A DNA stretch of 64,000 bases from an uncultured Pseudomonadales bacterium (GTDB taxonomy: Bacteria > Patescibacteriota > Microgenomatia > UBA1400 > PJMF01): the NCBI GenBank assembly GCA_964607285.1, contig CAZSJW010000005.1:9349-73348 (forward strand), in the 5' to 3' direction. The translations under genes were made by a program, and so were the position numbers. Each line of letters starts with the position of its first letter. The first letter of the stretch is position 1. Below the pieces are notes generated by a model. The model worked only from the letters and a program-made list of their open reading frames with translations, had not been told where the DNA came from and made no database searches. Below are positions 28,652 to 37,409 of this stretch, piece by piece.

Positions 28652-29707
28652 ATGTTTCGCTCAGCTCGATTTCAACTAATGATCTGGTATGCATTCACTA
28701 TCATGATGGTAAGCGTGCTGTTTAGCCTGATCATTTACCGTGGAGCATCACAAGAAATTGACCGCTTCTCACAGTCTCAAAGAACTCGTATCCAACGCCA
28801 GCTACGGGAAAGCGAGCTACTACCTGCAGAAATTCGCAAAAATATTGTAATCCCTGTTCCGCTACTGGCTGACCCAGATTTAGCTGAAGAGACGAAAGTG
28901 CGTTTCGCTGTGCTGCTGATAATTTTAAACAGCAGCATTGTTTTTTTGGCAACCATATTTGGGTATTTGTTGGCAGGGAAAACGTTGGGTCCAATCCAAA
29001 CCATGATGTCAGAACAGCATAGATTTATTTCAGACGCCTCGCATGAGCTACGCACGCCACTCACTGCACTCAAAGCCTCACTAGAAGTAGGATTACGAGA
29101 TGCCAAGCTAAGTGCATCTGAGGCAAGAACACTGTTGGAAGAAAGTCTAACAGACGTACACAAATTACAAAAACTTTCCGATAATCTTCTACACTTAGCT
29201 CAGTACCGAAAACCCACTACTATAGAACAGTTTAGCGCAGTTTCAATTGAATCACTCATCAAGCAGGCTGTTAAAGCAGTTTCAGGGTTAGCCAAGAAAA
29301 AACATATTTCTATTGAACGCATGGTCGACCCAGGCACAATCTGGGGACAAGCTGAGAGTTTGCATGAACTGCTAGTTATTATTTTAGACAATGCTATCAA
29401 GTACAGTCCCGCCGAAACGAAGATAACTTGCTCTACCAAATCAAGCCGCAGCAAACTTATAATTACCATTTCAGACCAAGGTGAAGGGATTGCCCAGGTA
29501 GACCTTCCGCATGTCTTTGATAGATTCTATCGTGCTGATGCTGCTCGTCAGCATGATACAGCTGATGGGTACGGACTGGGTTTAGCCATCGCGAAAGAAA
29601 TTGTGAGCAGACATGGCGGTACAATTACAGCTGAAAGCAACCTTGGTACAGGAACTAGTATTCGCATTACACTGCCTGGTTATAAACTAGTAAAGTCACA
29701 TGCCTAG
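28652..29707 (+). CDS. two-component sensor histidine kinase
   Basis: Two N-terminal TM helices, the HisKA H-box SHELRTPLTALK, and HATPase N/G boxes (DNAIKYSP, GEGI, GLGLAIAKEIV). Confidence 0.9.
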   Translation: MFRSARFQLMIWYAFTIMMVSVLFSLIIYRGASQEIDRFSQSQRTRIQRQLRESELLPAEIRKNIVIPVPLLADPDLAEETKVRFAVLLIILNSSIVFLATIFGYLLAGKTLGPIQTMMSEQHRFISDASHELRTPLTALKASLEVGLRDAKLSASEARTLLEESLTDVHKLQKLSDNLLHLAQYRKPTTIEQFSAVSIESLIKQAVKAVSGLAKKKHISIERMVDPGTIWGQAESLHELLVIILDNAIKYSPAETKITCSTKSSRSKLIITISDQGEGIAQVDLPHVFDRFYRADAARQHDTADGYGLGLAIAKEIVSRHGGTITAESNLGTGTSIRITLPGYKLVKSHA

Positions 29708-29800
29708 TCAACACCTCTTTGGGAATCATATGAATGTGTCCACCATTAAGCTAAATTTCAGCTTTGACTCGTACAGTACACACTAAGAAAGGATGAGTTT

Positions 29801-30304
29801 ATGAACAGACACCTCATCATACCAGTACTCGCAGTTACAATCGCAGGAGCCACCGCTTTCGCGGCGAGCCAAGCATCCGCCCAAACAGCGGATGACACGC
29901 CAACTCGTTTGGTACAGCGAATCGCGCAACGCTTTAACCTCAGTGAATCTGATGTTCAAGTAGTGTTCAATGAAGCTCGGGCCGATCATAGAATCGAGAT
30001 GCAAGCTCGATTCGAAGAACGACTCAACGCTGCGGTAACTAATGGGAGTATTACACAAGAACAAAAACAAGCCATCATCACCAAACACACGGAACTCATG
30101 GCTGAACACGAAGCTGAGTATGAAGCTTTGAGGGATATGACCCCAGAGGAACGCAGGGCGCACCATGCATCTGAGCGCGCTGAGCTTGAAGCCTGGGCTG
30201 AGTCACAAAATATAGACCTTCAATTCTTTATGCCAATGGGCAGAAAAGGTGGCAACCATATGCGAGGCGCCTACGGCGCACCTGCTGAATTTAATAAGCA
30301 GTAA
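29801..30304 (+). CDS. secreted/periplasmic helical protein, possibly CpxP/Spy-like (LTXXQ-type)
   Basis: A signal peptide (MNRHLIIPVLAVTIAGATAFAASQASA) is followed by a helical, charged body with two xTxxQ/E motifs (ITQEQKQAI, MTPEERRAH) reminiscent of the CpxP/Spy LTXXQ repeats. It lies immediately downstream of the kinase and is preceded by the SD-like sequence aaaggatgag. Confidence 0.45.
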   Translation: MNRHLIIPVLAVTIAGATAFAASQASAQTADDTPTRLVQRIAQRFNLSESDVQVVFNEARADHRIEMQARFEERLNAAVTNGSITQEQKQAIITKHTELMAEHEAEYEALRDMTPEERRAHHASERAELEAWAESQNIDLQFFMPMGRKGGNHMRGAYGAPAEFNKQ

Positions 30305-30315
30305 AAATAACCCGC

Positions 30316-30334
30316 CTCCCACAAGAGGTGGGAG
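30316..30334 (+). other. perfect 7-bp stem-loop (CTCCCAC-AAGAG-GTGGGAG), not followed by a U tract
   Basis: Read directly from the sequence 12 nt after the stop codon of the preceding gene. Confidence 0.5.
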
Positions 30335-30353
30335 AAGCTGGACAGACACTAAA

Positions 30354-30383
30354 CCTCCTCATCGTACGTGGGGAGGTTTTTTT
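30354..30383 (+). terminator. intrinsic terminator (8-bp stem CCTCCTCA/TGGGGAGG, 7-nt loop, T7)
   Basis: The stem has one G-U wobble and is followed by ttttttt. It would terminate the TCS/LTXXQ transcript. Confidence 0.6.
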
Positions 30384-30441
30384 ATGAATGACAAAACATT
30401 CGTGCTTGCCAAAACATACTGTATGCGTATATACTCACGTC

Positions 30442-30468
30442 CTAGTGCCAACCACTAGATTTTTTTTT
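30442..30468 (+). terminator. intrinsic terminator-like hairpin (CTAGTG-CCAAC-CACTAG followed by AT then T8)
   Basis: Perfect 6-bp inverted repeat with a 5-nt loop followed by a T-rich run. Confidence 0.5.
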
Positions 30469-30532
30469 GCCAGTTTGACCAAAAAGCTTCTCCAAGACAA
30501 AATCGGAGACGCACAGTCGTTTAATTTCATTC

Positions 30533-30557
30533 CCCGCCAAAAGGCGGGATTTTTTTT
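30533..30557 (+). terminator. intrinsic terminator-like hairpin (CCCGCC-AAAA-GGCGGG followed by A then T8)
   Basis: GC-rich 6-bp stem, tetraloop and a T8 run, 66 nt upstream of the argG start. Confidence 0.6.
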
Positions 30558-30622
30558 GCAATTTTTGATTCACCCTTTTCCACCTGTACAAACCCCTCTC
30601 GGCTCCCAAAGGAAGCCACTGC

Positions 30623-32239
30623 ATGCAAACACTTCCCTACACTAAGGTATCCAACTACGAAGGCCGCAAGGGCGAAGTCAAGAAAGTAGTCCTTTTATAT
30701 TCCGGTGGGCTAGACACGTCAGTCATGCTCAAATGGATACAAGATGAGTACAACGCAGAGGTAGTTGCATTGACTATAGATATCGGCCAGCAAGCCGATG
30801 ACTTGGAAGCAATTCGCCAAAAAGCCATCAAGCTGGGTGCAGTCAAAGCAATGGTCATAGACGCTAAAAACGACTTTGCCTACAACTACATCGCCAAAGG
30901 TATCAAGGCCAACGCAAGTTATCAAGGTCGCTATCACCTGAGCACCCCTCTCGGCCGTCCGCTGCTCGCTAAACTGGCAGTCCAAGTCGCCCGCGAAGAG
31001 AACTGTGACTGTATCGCCCATGGCTGTACGGGTAAAGGCAACGATCAAGTTCGCATTGAGGGTTCTGTGCTGACATTAGCACCAGAGATGAAAATTATTG
31101 CCCCAGTTCGAGAGTGGAGTATGGGACGTGATGAAGAACTGGTATATGCAAAAAAACACAACATCCCCGTCAAACAAACCGTCGACTCGCCCTACTCCTA
31201 CGATGACAATATGTGGGGAGTGACTGGTGAGAGTGGTGAAATTGAGAATCCCACACTCATTCCTCCACTCGAAAAAATCTTGCAAGTTTGTAGCATTGTA
31301 GAAAAAACGCCCAACAAACCTGAGTATGTAAAAATTCAATTCATCAAAGGATTACCTGTTTCGGTCAACGACGAAGCCATGAATTTAACAGATCTGATTT
31401 TGCACCTCAATCTGGTAGGTGCCAAACACGGCGTGGGTGTCACCCATCACATTGAGGATCGCGTAGTCGGCCTCAAAGTCCGCGGTCTCTATGAAGCACC
31501 AGCTGCCGAAATCATCATCAATGCTCACTTCAACCTAGAAAAATACGTTTGTACCCGGGTTGAAAATGAGTTTAAATCAGAAGTGGACACCAAGTGGGCG
31601 TATCTCTGTTACGGCGCACTCTGGTATGAGCCGCTACTTGATGATCTGAATGCTCTGATTGATCATGTCAACGAAAAAGTCAGTGGTTTGGTTACAGTCA
31701 AACTGTTCAAGGGCGTTGCCGAAGTTGTGGCTGTGGAAACTGCCAACACAATTTTTGACGAAAAGCTGGCAACATTCATGAAAAACTCAGCCTTCAATCA
31801 AAACGCTTCACCAGGATTTATCGAAATTTACACTTTGCAAATGCGCATGGCACAGCACAAGGAACGGTTTGCACTCCTCACCATTGGCGAAGAGAAAAAT
31901 AAAAAGGCCTTCCTGCCTGTAGTAGAAGAACTCGTGAAACTTGGGTTCAAGTTTTATGCCACCGAGAACTCACATGCTTTTTACAAGCAGCATGGCATCG
32001 AGTCCGTGCTCCTGCACAAAATGTATGCCAAACAGGCGCCCAAACTTGAGGACGCGATGAAGCAGAATTTGTTTGATTTGGTGATAAACCTGCCATATGC
32101 CAAGCAAACTGACGAGTCTAAAAAAGACGAGGCTACTATTCGAAAATGGGCAGTGGCAAATGAAATTCCACTTATCACCGATTTACAGACAGCGCAAACG
32201 CTGGTTAGTAAGTTGCAGCAGCATATGATTGTGCGGTAA
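30623..32239 (+). CDS. argG: argininosuccinate synthase fused to a C-terminal MGS-like domain
   Basis: ArgG motifs VLLYSGGLDTSV, AHGCTGKGNDQVRIE and PVREWSM. An extra ~120-aa C-terminal domain (LLTIGEEKNKKAFLPVVEELVKLGFKFYATENSHAFYKQHGIESVLLHK...DLVINLPYAKQTD...) resembles the methylglyoxal-synthase-like allosteric domain at the C-terminus of CarB. Total length is 538 aa against ~400-450 for a classical ArgG. Confidence 0.85.
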   Translation: MQTLPYTKVSNYEGRKGEVKKVVLLYSGGLDTSVMLKWIQDEYNAEVVALTIDIGQQADDLEAIRQKAIKLGAVKAMVIDAKNDFAYNYIAKGIKANASYQGRYHLSTPLGRPLLAKLAVQVAREENCDCIAHGCTGKGNDQVRIEGSVLTLAPEMKIIAPVREWSMGRDEELVYAKKHNIPVKQTVDSPYSYDDNMWGVTGESGEIENPTLIPPLEKILQVCSIVEKTPNKPEYVKIQFIKGLPVSVNDEAMNLTDLILHLNLVGAKHGVGVTHHIEDRVVGLKVRGLYEAPAAEIIINAHFNLEKYVCTRVENEFKSEVDTKWAYLCYGALWYEPLLDDLNALIDHVNEKVSGLVTVKLFKGVAEVVAVETANTIFDEKLATFMKNSAFNQNASPGFIEIYTLQMRMAQHKERFALLTIGEEKNKKAFLPVVEELVKLGFKFYATENSHAFYKQHGIESVLLHKMYAKQAPKLEDAMKQNLFDLVINLPYAKQTDESKKDEATIRKWAVANEIPLITDLQTAQTLVSKLQQHMIVR

Positions 32240-32247
32240 GGAACCAT

Positions 32248-33219
32248 ATGCAAAACTGGGATTTGATAACACCTATTCTTGAGAACATCGAAAAAAAGGG
32301 CGGTTGGGTGAACACACACACTCACTTAGATCGAGCCTACACGATCACACCAGAAACACTTAAACATGCCAATGCGCCGCTAAAAGCTAAATGGGACTTG
32401 GTTGATGATTTAAAAAAACGTTCTAGTGTTGACCAAATTTATGATCGTATGGCGTATTCCTTAGAGCGTCAACTAGAGCAAGGGGTAACTGCACTCGGAA
32501 CCTTTATAGATGTCGACGAAGTCATTCAGGATAAAGCCATTCTAGCGGCTGATCGTTTACGGGAAAAGTACAAGGATGTTATTCAACTGAAGTTTTTAAA
32601 CCAAACACTCAAGGGAGTGCTTACCCCTGATGCTCGCGAATGGTTTGATCGTGGTGCAGAGTTTGTAGATATCATAGGTGGATTACCTGGCAAAGACCAA
32701 GGACATGAGGCGGAGCACTTTGATGTATTGCTTGGTACTGCAAAACGAATGGGAAAAATGGTACATGTGCACACAGATCAATTCAACGACCAAACTGAAA
32801 CTGAAACTGAGCTGTTAGCGCTAAAAACAATCGAACATGGTATGGAGGGAAAAACTTGTGTCATACATGGCGTTTCAGTTGCCGCCCACCCAATACAGTA
32901 TCGTCAAAAAGTATATACGTTGCTGAAAAAAGCCAAAGTTCAGTGGATTTGCTGCCCAACTGCCTACATTGATGCTCGTCGCAACGAAACTCTGACAGTG
33001 ACCCACAATTCTATTTCGCCTGTTGATGAGCTAGTGCCTGCTGGCATTAGTGTTGGCATAGGAACCGACAACATTGCAGATATCTATTTACCTTTTGGCA
33101 CAGGGAGTATGCTAGAAGAACTTTTACAATTGATTCGTTGTACTCGCATCTTTGATCCTGAATTGTTAGCAGCAATTGCAACGACAAATGGTAGAAAAAT
33201 TTTGGGAATTTCCGCATGA
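32248..33219 (+). CDS. amidohydrolase-superfamily protein, cytosine-deaminase (CodA)-like
   Basis: Conserved blocks align with CodA: NTHTHLDRAY (HxH metal site, cf. EPHIHLD), VHVHTDQFND (cf. VHCDEIDD), CVIHGVSVAAH (cf. VTASHTTAMH) and GIGTDNIADIYLPFGTGSMLEELL (cf. [23 protein letters not shown]). It lacks the N-terminal beta-sandwich and sits directly upstream of pyrD-pyrE. Confidence 0.55.
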   Translation: MQNWDLITPILENIEKKGGWVNTHTHLDRAYTITPETLKHANAPLKAKWDLVDDLKKRSSVDQIYDRMAYSLERQLEQGVTALGTFIDVDEVIQDKAILAADRLREKYKDVIQLKFLNQTLKGVLTPDAREWFDRGAEFVDIIGGLPGKDQGHEAEHFDVLLGTAKRMGKMVHVHTDQFNDQTETETELLALKTIEHGMEGKTCVIHGVSVAAHPIQYRQKVYTLLKKAKVQWICCPTAYIDARRNETLTVTHNSISPVDELVPAGISVGIGTDNIADIYLPFGTGSMLEELLQLIRCTRIFDPELLAAIATTNGRKILGISA

Positions 33220-34298
33220 ACCGACCCACACCGTTCTACGACCCAAGCAAGTCATACCAAGAAAACTACGATCAAGGTCCCTTTGGATTATTTGCAGAAG
33301 AAGCTTCTCCGTTCAAACGCCAAGGCAAACCCGAACACACGTTTCTTGGACACGCAGTCTTTCTGCCATTCGGTATCCCAGCAGGTCCGCTACTCAATGC
33401 AAAGTTTGTAACTGCAGCGTTCAAACAAGGGTTTGACATCTGTACCTACAAAACTGTTCGTACTCGCCCCCATCCCTGTCACCCCTGGCCGAATGTGTTG
33501 GCGGTGCATCCAGAGGGTAAACTCGTGGCGGATCGCCCTGAGCCACTAATTGCTGATCAAATATACGATGCCCCCGTTTCAATTACTAACTCATTTGGCG
33601 TACCTTCAGCCAACCCCGATATCTGGCAAGCAGACATGCAACTCGCCCTCAAATCTGCTGGCAAAGGTCAAGTGATGATCGGCAGTTTCCAAGCAACAAG
33701 CGATGGTTCGGGGTCTGTCAAACAGTATATCGATGACTTCGTAAATGCAGCCAAGCTCGTTACCGAAACGGGTGCCAAAATCCTGGAAGCAAACTTAAGT
33801 TGCCCCAACGAAGGATCTGCACACTTGCTTTGTTTTGATATCGAGCGAACCACACAAATCGCAGCCAACATCAAAGAAGCAATTGGCAACATTCCATTGA
33901 TCCTGAAAATTGCATACTTTGCCGAAGACAAACAGCTAGAAACCCTCGTCAAAAATCTCGCCCCAATAGTCGATGGATTCGCTGCAATCAACACCATTCC
34001 CGCAGCAATTGTTGATGCTACTGGCGAACAAGCCCTCCCTGGCCAAGGCCGTCTGCGCAGCGGAGTCTGTGGTTCGGCAATTCAGTGGGCAGGCTTGGAA
34101 ATGACCGAGCGACTCGTGGCGATGCGAGAAAATCTCAACTTGCAGTACACTGTAATAGGAGTGGGCGGGGTCACCACAGCTGAGGACTTTACTAGATACC
34201 GAGCAGCTGGAGCAGACGCAGTGCAAAGTGCCACTGGCGCTATGTGGAATCCTGATTTAGCACAAAATATTTGGAAAAAACAGAAAGAATCAGTATGA
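33216..34298 (+). CDS. pyrD: dihydroorotate dehydrogenase-family flavoprotein
   Basis: FGIPAGPLLNAKFV...TYKTVRTRP (substrate/FMN N-terminal block) and EANLSCPN (the NLSCPN active-site loop of DHOD/DHPD). It overlaps the upstream gene by 4 nt. Confidence 0.7.
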   Translation: MNRPTPFYDPSKSYQENYDQGPFGLFAEEASPFKRQGKPEHTFLGHAVFLPFGIPAGPLLNAKFVTAAFKQGFDICTYKTVRTRPHPCHPWPNVLAVHPEGKLVADRPEPLIADQIYDAPVSITNSFGVPSANPDIWQADMQLALKSAGKGQVMIGSFQATSDGSGSVKQYIDDFVNAAKLVTETGAKILEANLSCPNEGSAHLLCFDIERTTQIAANIKEAIGNIPLILKIAYFAEDKQLETLVKNLAPIVDGFAAINTIPAAIVDATGEQALPGQGRLRSGVCGSAIQWAGLEMTERLVAMRENLNLQYTVIGVGGVTTAEDFTRYRAAGADAVQSATGAMWNPDLAQNIWKKQKESV

Positions 34299-34951
34299 AC
34301 ACACAGTCAGTCATTGCCCAAGCACTTGTCGACATCGGTGCAGTCGGATTTGCCGTTGAGTCGCCAATAACTTTCAAATCTGGCATAGTGTCCCCTATTT
34401 ACATTGATAACCGTACATTCCCTGCACATCCCACCGAGTGGAAACTAGTTGTGCAAGGTTTTTCAAAGTTAATCACTGACAAGAAACTCAAGTACGACAT
34501 GATTGCAGGCATTGAAACAGCAGGTATTCCCCACAGTGCAGCTCTTGGATTAACCCTTATGAAGCCTTCAGTGTTTGTGCGAAAAACTGCCAAAGATCAT
34601 GGAACAAAAAAATTGGTTGAAGGTGGTTCGGTTGTAAGCAAAACAGTACTGCTTGTAGAAGATCACGTTTCTACTGGGCTTTCCAGCCTAGCAGGAGTTG
34701 CAGCACTCCGTGACTCTGGCGCAGTAGTTACTGACTGCCTATCTATCACAAGCTTCGAAATGCAAGAGGCCACTGAACAATTTGCTACTGCAAATGTAGA
34801 ACTGCATACATTGACAACAATTACCCATATAGTCCAGGCAGCAGTAACTTCCAAAGTGATTTCCTTATCAGATGCTACAATAATCAAAGAGTGGCTAGCA
34901 GATCCACATGGCTGGTTTGCCAAACGCTCAAAAAAGTCAGGCAATCTATGA
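34295..34951 (+). CDS. pyrE: orotate phosphoribosyltransferase-like type I PRTase
   Basis: PRPP-binding motif VLLVEDHVSTGLSS. ATGA overlap with the pyrD stop (ATG 34295-97, TGA 34296-98). The ORF track begins at an upstream TTG at 34271. Confidence 0.6.
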   Translation: MNTQSVIAQALVDIGAVGFAVESPITFKSGIVSPIYIDNRTFPAHPTEWKLVVQGFSKLITDKKLKYDMIAGIETAGIPHSAALGLTLMKPSVFVRKTAKDHGTKKLVEGGSVVSKTVLLVEDHVSTGLSSLAGVAALRDSGAVVTDCLSITSFEMQEATEQFATANVELHTLTTITHIVQAAVTSKVISLSDATIIKEWLADPHGWFAKRSKKSGNL

Positions 34952-36399
34952 TGCAACCGAACGACGTATATACAGCTGTATACAAAAACAACAATCTGTT
35001 CGGCCTCGAAAAAGCATCTAAAACTGATCTCTTCCATCCCAAACATCGCCGACAGAACTCAATCGCAGTGGTGGGTGGCGCACTAGGCGATGAAGGCAAG
35101 GGACGCCTAACTGACGAGCTTACCGCTCAATTTCTAAAAAAACATAAAAAAGTCATCCACTATCGTGATAACGGTGGATCGAACGCTGGACATACGGTTT
35201 CAGTCGGGAAAACCAAAATTGCGTTACACCAACTGGGATCGGGCATTCTACAACCAGGCTGTGTGGTGATACTCGGGAAAGAAATGGTGTTACACCCCAC
35301 TGATCTTGTTTCTGAGATCGAAGCAGTTGCAGCAGTTTCTCCTAAAAAAAACTTGCCCTCTGAACTACAAATAGATGAACAGGCATTCCTTTGCTTGGAT
35401 GTACATCGTGCATTTGAACAAGTACTTAAACAACACTCAACTGGCAGCTCTGGGGCAACAGGACGAGGCATAGCACCAGCGTATGCTGACGTACTATATC
35501 GGCATCCTCTTCGAGTGAGAGATTTGTTCGCTCGAAACTGGCAAGATCTGCTGCGCACCCATTACGAACTGTACAATCGGCTTGTGCAAGGCTTTGGCCA
35601 GAACCTTGCAGACATTTCAGTCCCACAGTTTATTGGGCAATCAATTGTAGTGGGAACAATAGAGAACCAAATTCAGCGACTGAAAACAGCAAAACTAATA
35701 CTAAAACCATACGTACAGAATGTGCGCATTTCACTCGATCAACTTTGGCGTTCAGACTGCCCCTTTGTCTTCGAGAAAGCACAAGCACTTGGTCTGGATA
35801 AACGATGGGGAGTATACCCAGATGTAACAGCGTCTAATTGTGGATTTGATGGCATTTTCTCTTCTACTGAAGGCGTGGTAGACCATCAAGACATTGCTGT
35901 CAGGGCGGCTGCTATCAAAGCTACTTATACCTCCAGTGTTGGTTCTCGCAAACTGCCCTCAATCATGGACGAAGCACTTGCGCATCGAATTCGCGAGGAC
36001 GCTAATGAATACGGTGCTACAACTAAACGGCCCCGAGATATCGTCCACATCGATATCCCCATGCTTTCCTACCTACTTGAAACTGGACGTGTTGAGTACC
36101 TGCTGCTCACACACCTTGATATTGCTTACCCAGACGTTCCAATACGCGTGTGCACAGAGTATAAAATCGGGACTCTCACGGTTCCATATCGCCCAGATCA
36201 AGCTTATCTGTCGCTAGTTGAACCTGTGTATATTGAAGTGCCTTCTTGGGACGGTGTAGCTGCACAGAACGCAACATCTCCCGCCGAACTTCCCCTGGCT
36301 GCCATACAGTATGTCGCTTTCCTCACCCAGTGTCTGGGAGTACCACCACTGTGGGCAACTACTGGTCCAAAACGTCACCAGACAGTGCGATGGTTTTAA
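34948..36399 (+). CDS. purA: adenylosuccinate synthetase
   Basis: P-loop IAVVGGALGDEGKGRLTDEL, LHQLGSGIL and the GTP/IMP-loop TGRGIAPAYAD. ATGA overlap with the pyrE stop. It has a ~35-aa N-terminal extension before the P-loop. Confidence 0.85.
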   Translation: MMQPNDVYTAVYKNNNLFGLEKASKTDLFHPKHRRQNSIAVVGGALGDEGKGRLTDELTAQFLKKHKKVIHYRDNGGSNAGHTVSVGKTKIALHQLGSGILQPGCVVILGKEMVLHPTDLVSEIEAVAAVSPKKNLPSELQIDEQAFLCLDVHRAFEQVLKQHSTGSSGATGRGIAPAYADVLYRHPLRVRDLFARNWQDLLRTHYELYNRLVQGFGQNLADISVPQFIGQSIVVGTIENQIQRLKTAKLILKPYVQNVRISLDQLWRSDCPFVFEKAQALGLDKRWGVYPDVTASNCGFDGIFSSTEGVVDHQDIAVRAAAIKATYTSSVGSRKLPSIMDEALAHRIREDANEYGATTKRPRDIVHIDIPMLSYLLETGRVEYLLLTHLDIAYPDVPIRVCTEYKIGTLTVPYRPDQAYLSLVEPVYIEVPSWDGVAAQNATSPAELPLAAIQYVAFLTQCLGVPPLWATTGPKRHQTVRWF

Positions 36400-36409
36400 G
36401 AGAAGTTGT

Positions 36410-37054
36410 ATGCAAACTGACACCGTAGAAGAAGTCGACATCCTTATCCCGCCACTTTTTGTAAAAAGTGGCATAGTCAAATCTAGAACAGAGGCATTCA
36501 ATGCAGGTGACTGGATTGGTACGTTTAACCTTTGGATTATTCAGTCACAACCAATTCCAGCAATTTTGTACCAACAGCGCAGTTCAAACTCAACTTGGGA
36601 GCCCAACAAGCTTGACGTTTCAGCAGGTGGGCACTTCACAGCAGGTGAGTCAATTTACGATGGATTACGGGAAGTACGAGAAGAGCTAGGGCGTGACTAT
36701 CAAACTGAGTCGTTGACCAGTGTAGGCAGGAAATTGTATGTTGGTCCAGATGCCAGAGGAAAGGAGAGAAGAAACATTGTAGATATCTTTTTTGTGACGG
36801 ACAACTCACCAATCGAGTCTTTCCTGCTTGAAAAGAATGAAGTGTTTGCCCTCTTCTCTTGCCCAATCGCTCAGCTCATTGCTGTGCATGAAGCCAATAT
36901 GCCATTTACTGCACATGGGTGTACAAACGCTGGAGACACAATTAGTTTAAATGTGACCAAAGATTCTTTTCCCATAAACTGGGATAACTACCACTACAAA
37001 ATTGCTTTACTTGCCAAACGGTACCTAAATGGAGAACTACATCTAGTATACTGA
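36410..37054 (+). CDS. Nudix hydrolase
   Basis: Nudix box SAGGHFTAGESIYDGLREVREELG. The tracked ORF begins at 36311 inside purA. The ATG at 36410 just after the purA stop is the likely start. Confidence 0.7.
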   Translation: MQTDTVEEVDILIPPLFVKSGIVKSRTEAFNAGDWIGTFNLWIIQSQPIPAILYQQRSSNSTWEPNKLDVSAGGHFTAGESIYDGLREVREELGRDYQTESLTSVGRKLYVGPDARGKERRNIVDIFFVTDNSPIESFLLEKNEVFALFSCPIAQLIAVHEANMPFTAHGCTNAGDTISLNVTKDSFPINWDNYHYKIALLAKRYLNGELHLVY

Positions 37055-37059
37055 TCACT

Positions 37060-37404
37060 ATGACTACTCTCTCCCAAAAACACTGCGCCGCTTGTGAAGG
37101 TGAAGCTGATCGACTCAATTCAGCGAAAGCTATTCAGCTCCAATCTAAAATCAATCCCAAGTGGTTTCTAGATGTACAACAACAAACCATTAGCCGTAAC
37201 TGCAAGTTCACTGACTTTGGGGCGGCAGTGCGGCTTTTCAATCAAGTGGCTGAGCTAGCTGAGTCTGAAGGTCATCATCCAGACATATATCTGCATAATT
37301 ACAGGTATGTGAAGATAACACTCACCACCCATGCAGTAAATGGACTTTCTGAAAATGATTTCATTCTTGCAAGCAAAATAGACCAACTGTTGCCTTCTAA
37401 ATAA
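37060..37404 (+). CDS. phhB: pterin-4a-carbinolamine dehydratase (PCD/DCoH)
   Basis: Signature [EDKH]-x(3)-H-H-P-x(5,6)-[YW]-x(9)-H-x(8)-D: ESEGHHPDIYLHNYRYVKITLTTHAVNGLSENDF. Confidence 0.85.
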   Translation: MTTLSQKHCAACEGEADRLNSAKAIQLQSKINPKWFLDVQQQTISRNCKFTDFGAAVRLFNQVAELAESEGHHPDIYLHNYRYVKITLTTHAVNGLSENDFILASKIDQLLPSK

Positions 37405-37409
37405 GAAAC

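Noticed and set aside
30384-30458. Short ORF (MNDKTFVLAKTYCMRIYSRPSANH) between terminators as an arginine-attenuator leader peptide
   Set aside because: It has only two Arg codons, which are not consecutive, and there is no alternative antiterminator pairing I can see. A leader-peptide attenuator for argG is not supported.
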